This document shows, piece by piece, positions 62,599 through 64,000 of a DNA stretch of 64,000 nt. Location: the NCBI GenBank assembly GCA_964488095.1, contig CAZATP010000006.1, positions 53,262 through 117,261 on the forward strand, given 5' to 3'. The notes under the pieces were generated by a model, which did no database searches, was not told where the DNA came from, and was given only the letters and a program-made list of their open reading frames with translations. A program made the translations under genes and the position numbers. Numbering within the stretch: the first letter of the stretch is position 1; each line of letters begins with the position of its first letter. The DNA is from an uncultured Chryseobacterium sp. (GTDB taxonomy: Bacteria > Bacteroidota > Bacteroidia > UBA10329).

Positions 62599-64000
62599 CT
62601 ACTGTACGATAAACCGTCCGAAAACGCGTCCGTCCTCCACCGACCGCAGATAATACATGCCGGCCGGCAGCGATGCCACGCTGAGGGTGTGCTGCTGGCC
62701 GTTGGCACTGAAAGTAGAGACCTGTCGGCCGAAGGCGTCCAGTATCTGCACCTTGTGCCCGCCCGTCAGCCGGTCGGATACGATGGTGATGGCATCTGAC
62801 GATGGCACCGGGTGGATGCGGGCCTCATCGCGCGTTGCCTCGTTCACCCCGATGTTCAGTCCATTCATCAGAGGCGATTCCCAGATGCCACGTCCGTAAG
62901 TGGCGATGCGCAGCAGCTCTTCCCCTTCGTGAATGTGCATGTCGGTAACGATGACATTGGGCAGGCCGTTCATGTAGGGCTCCCAGGCATCCATGCCTTC
63001 CTCCCAGTAATAGACTCCGGCATCGGTGCCCACATACACCCCGTTCACCGCGCTCTTCTCAATGGCGATGCAGTTGGCCGGTAGGTTGGGCAGGCCGGTG
63101 CTCATGTTCTGCCATGAATTGCCCGAATCCCTGCTGCGGAACACCTTCCTGCCGTCCGTGTAGCCGGAGACGGTGATCCAGACCTCCTCCTTGTTGTACG
63201 GATGGACGGCCAGACCCGTCAGCGAGATGCCGCCTGGCAGGCCGGACGAGATCAGGCTCCACGAGCTGCCCAAGTCCGTGGTCCTGTATACCCTGCCCGC
63301 TGTGGTCACATACATCCATTCGTTATCCTGAGGGGATATGGCCATAGCGGTCACATGGCCCCCTACAAGATTTGGTGAGAACTCGAACCAACCATTCCCA
63401 AGGTCATCGCTGCGATAGACCTTGTTGTTCCATCCACCGTACATCACGGTGCCACCCTGCGGCTCAATGACAAAGGGCACCACCCATTGCCCCTCCATGC
63501 CGTCCGGGCTCAGATTGGAGGTGAAGTTGAATCCTGCATCATCAGAACGGTAGAGCGACCCGTTCTGGGTGGTGCAGAACATGATGTTGCCATCCTCCGG
63601 GTGGATGAGGGTCTGCATGCCGTCACCACCGAATACGATGGTCCAAAGTCCGTTGCGCAGCCGCATGGTGCCGTTGTCCTGTGCCCCTGCCAATAGCAGT
63701 TGGGCATCTTGTGCGCCATGGGCCATCTTGTAGAACTGAGTGATGCTCATACCCTCGCTCAGAAGGTTGAAGCCATTGAAATTCCATGCCTTCCTGAAAA
63801 CCCCACCGTCATTGGCCGTGAAGAACCGGTTGGTCACCGGATGAAAGGTAAGCCGATGATGGTCGGCATGGGAGTAGGGAGCACTTGCACCGTTCCAGTG
63901 CGAGAACGGCACGAAGGTCTCTCCGCCATTCGTGCTCTGCCAAAGGCTCACACTGCCCGCCACCAGATGGTCAGGGTCAGTGTTGCTCACAGCAATGTCC
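62599..64000 (-). CDS. BNR/Asp-box repeat (sortilin/sialidase-like beta-propeller) protein with T9SS type A C-terminal domain; N-terminus outside the window
   Basis: Asp-box motifs (QSTNGGETF, RSDDAGFNF, RSDDLGNGW, TTDLGSSW, SRDSGNSW). C-terminus HPVPSSDAITIV...GMYYLRSVEDGRVFGRFIVQ. The track start at 63990 is a GTG, and the frame stays open to the window edge. Confidence 0.8.
   Translation of the reverse strand, partial: DIAVSNTDPDHLVAGSVSLWQSTNGGETFVPFSHWNGASAPYSHADHHRLTFHPVTNRFFTANDGGVFRKAWNFNGFNLLSEGMSITQFYKMAHGAQDAQLLLAGAQDNGTMRLRNGLWTIVFGGDGMQTLIHPEDGNIMFCTTQNGSLYRSDDAGFNFTSNLSPDGMEGQWVVPFVIEPQGGTVMYGGWNNKVYRSDDLGNGWFEFSPNLVGGHVTAMAISPQDNEWMYVTTAGRVYRTTDLGSSWSLISSGLPGGISLTGLAVHPYNKEEVWITVSGYTDGRKVFRSRDSGNSWQNMSTGLPNLPANCIAIEKSAVNGVYVGTDAGVYYWEEGMDAWEPYMNGLPNVIVTDMHIHEGEELLRIATYGRGIWESPLMNGLNIGVNEATRDEARIHPVPSSDAITIVSDRLTGGHKVQILDAFGRQVSTFSANGQQHTLSVASLPAGMYYLRSVEDGRVFGRFIVQ

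Noticed and set aside
1-64000. Scan for CRISPR arrays, rRNA or tRNA genes, integrases, transposases, toxin-antitoxin pairs, restriction-modification genes or other recognisable defence genes
   Set aside because: None were recognised. All gaps over 80 nt were read by eye and contain only promoter boxes or hairpins. This was a visual scan, not a computational search, so short or diverged elements could have been missed.

Overview
This is a 64-kb, GC-rich (by eye), gene-dense chromosomal segment that looks like a Bacteroidota genome (Flavobacteriia/Cytophagia-like). The evidence is TAnnTTTG '-7' promoter boxes in front of many genes, a long-form NusB, DUF1573 and DUF3276 proteins, SprB repeats, and seven proteins ending in type IX secretion (T9SS) C-terminal sorting domains. 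I count about 50 protein genes. Most are housekeeping (nusB, yajC, coaE, nnr, tsaC, fsa, deoC, fcl, hisG, fumC, prfB, rnhA, yicC, fabG, apbC, nifU-like, korAB, ispG), interspersed with very large secreted adhesin-like proteins. I recognised no rRNA, tRNA, CRISPR array, transposase or integrase. Two edge-truncated genes are missing or under-called in the ORF track: 1-4053 minus and 62599->64000 minus. The track uses ATG, GTG and TTG starts and takes the longest ORF, so I shortened several starts, often supported by a promoter box lying inside the long version. Many long track ORFs are antisense shadows of real genes. The most unusual structure is a perfect 25-bp inverted repeat (58430-58454 / 58956-58980). 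It brackets exactly one small GreA-like gene, which sits between the 3' ends of two convergent transcription units. I read it as a candidate gene-sized invertible cassette, or alternatively a 5'/3' UTR RNA clamp. Secondary points of interest:
- A signal-peptide-less neutral ceramidase is translationally coupled to a fold-type-III PLP enzyme.
- A bacterial C-type lectin domain carries intact EPN/WND sugar-binding motifs on a T9SS type-B cargo.
- An SCP2 domain is fused to a family III CoA-transferase.
- An alkyltransferase-like (ATL) protein has PAHRV in place of PCHRV.
- Several promoter boxes are spaced so close to the ATG that the mRNAs are probably leaderless.
All family calls rest on motif recognition by eye. 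No database search was possible.
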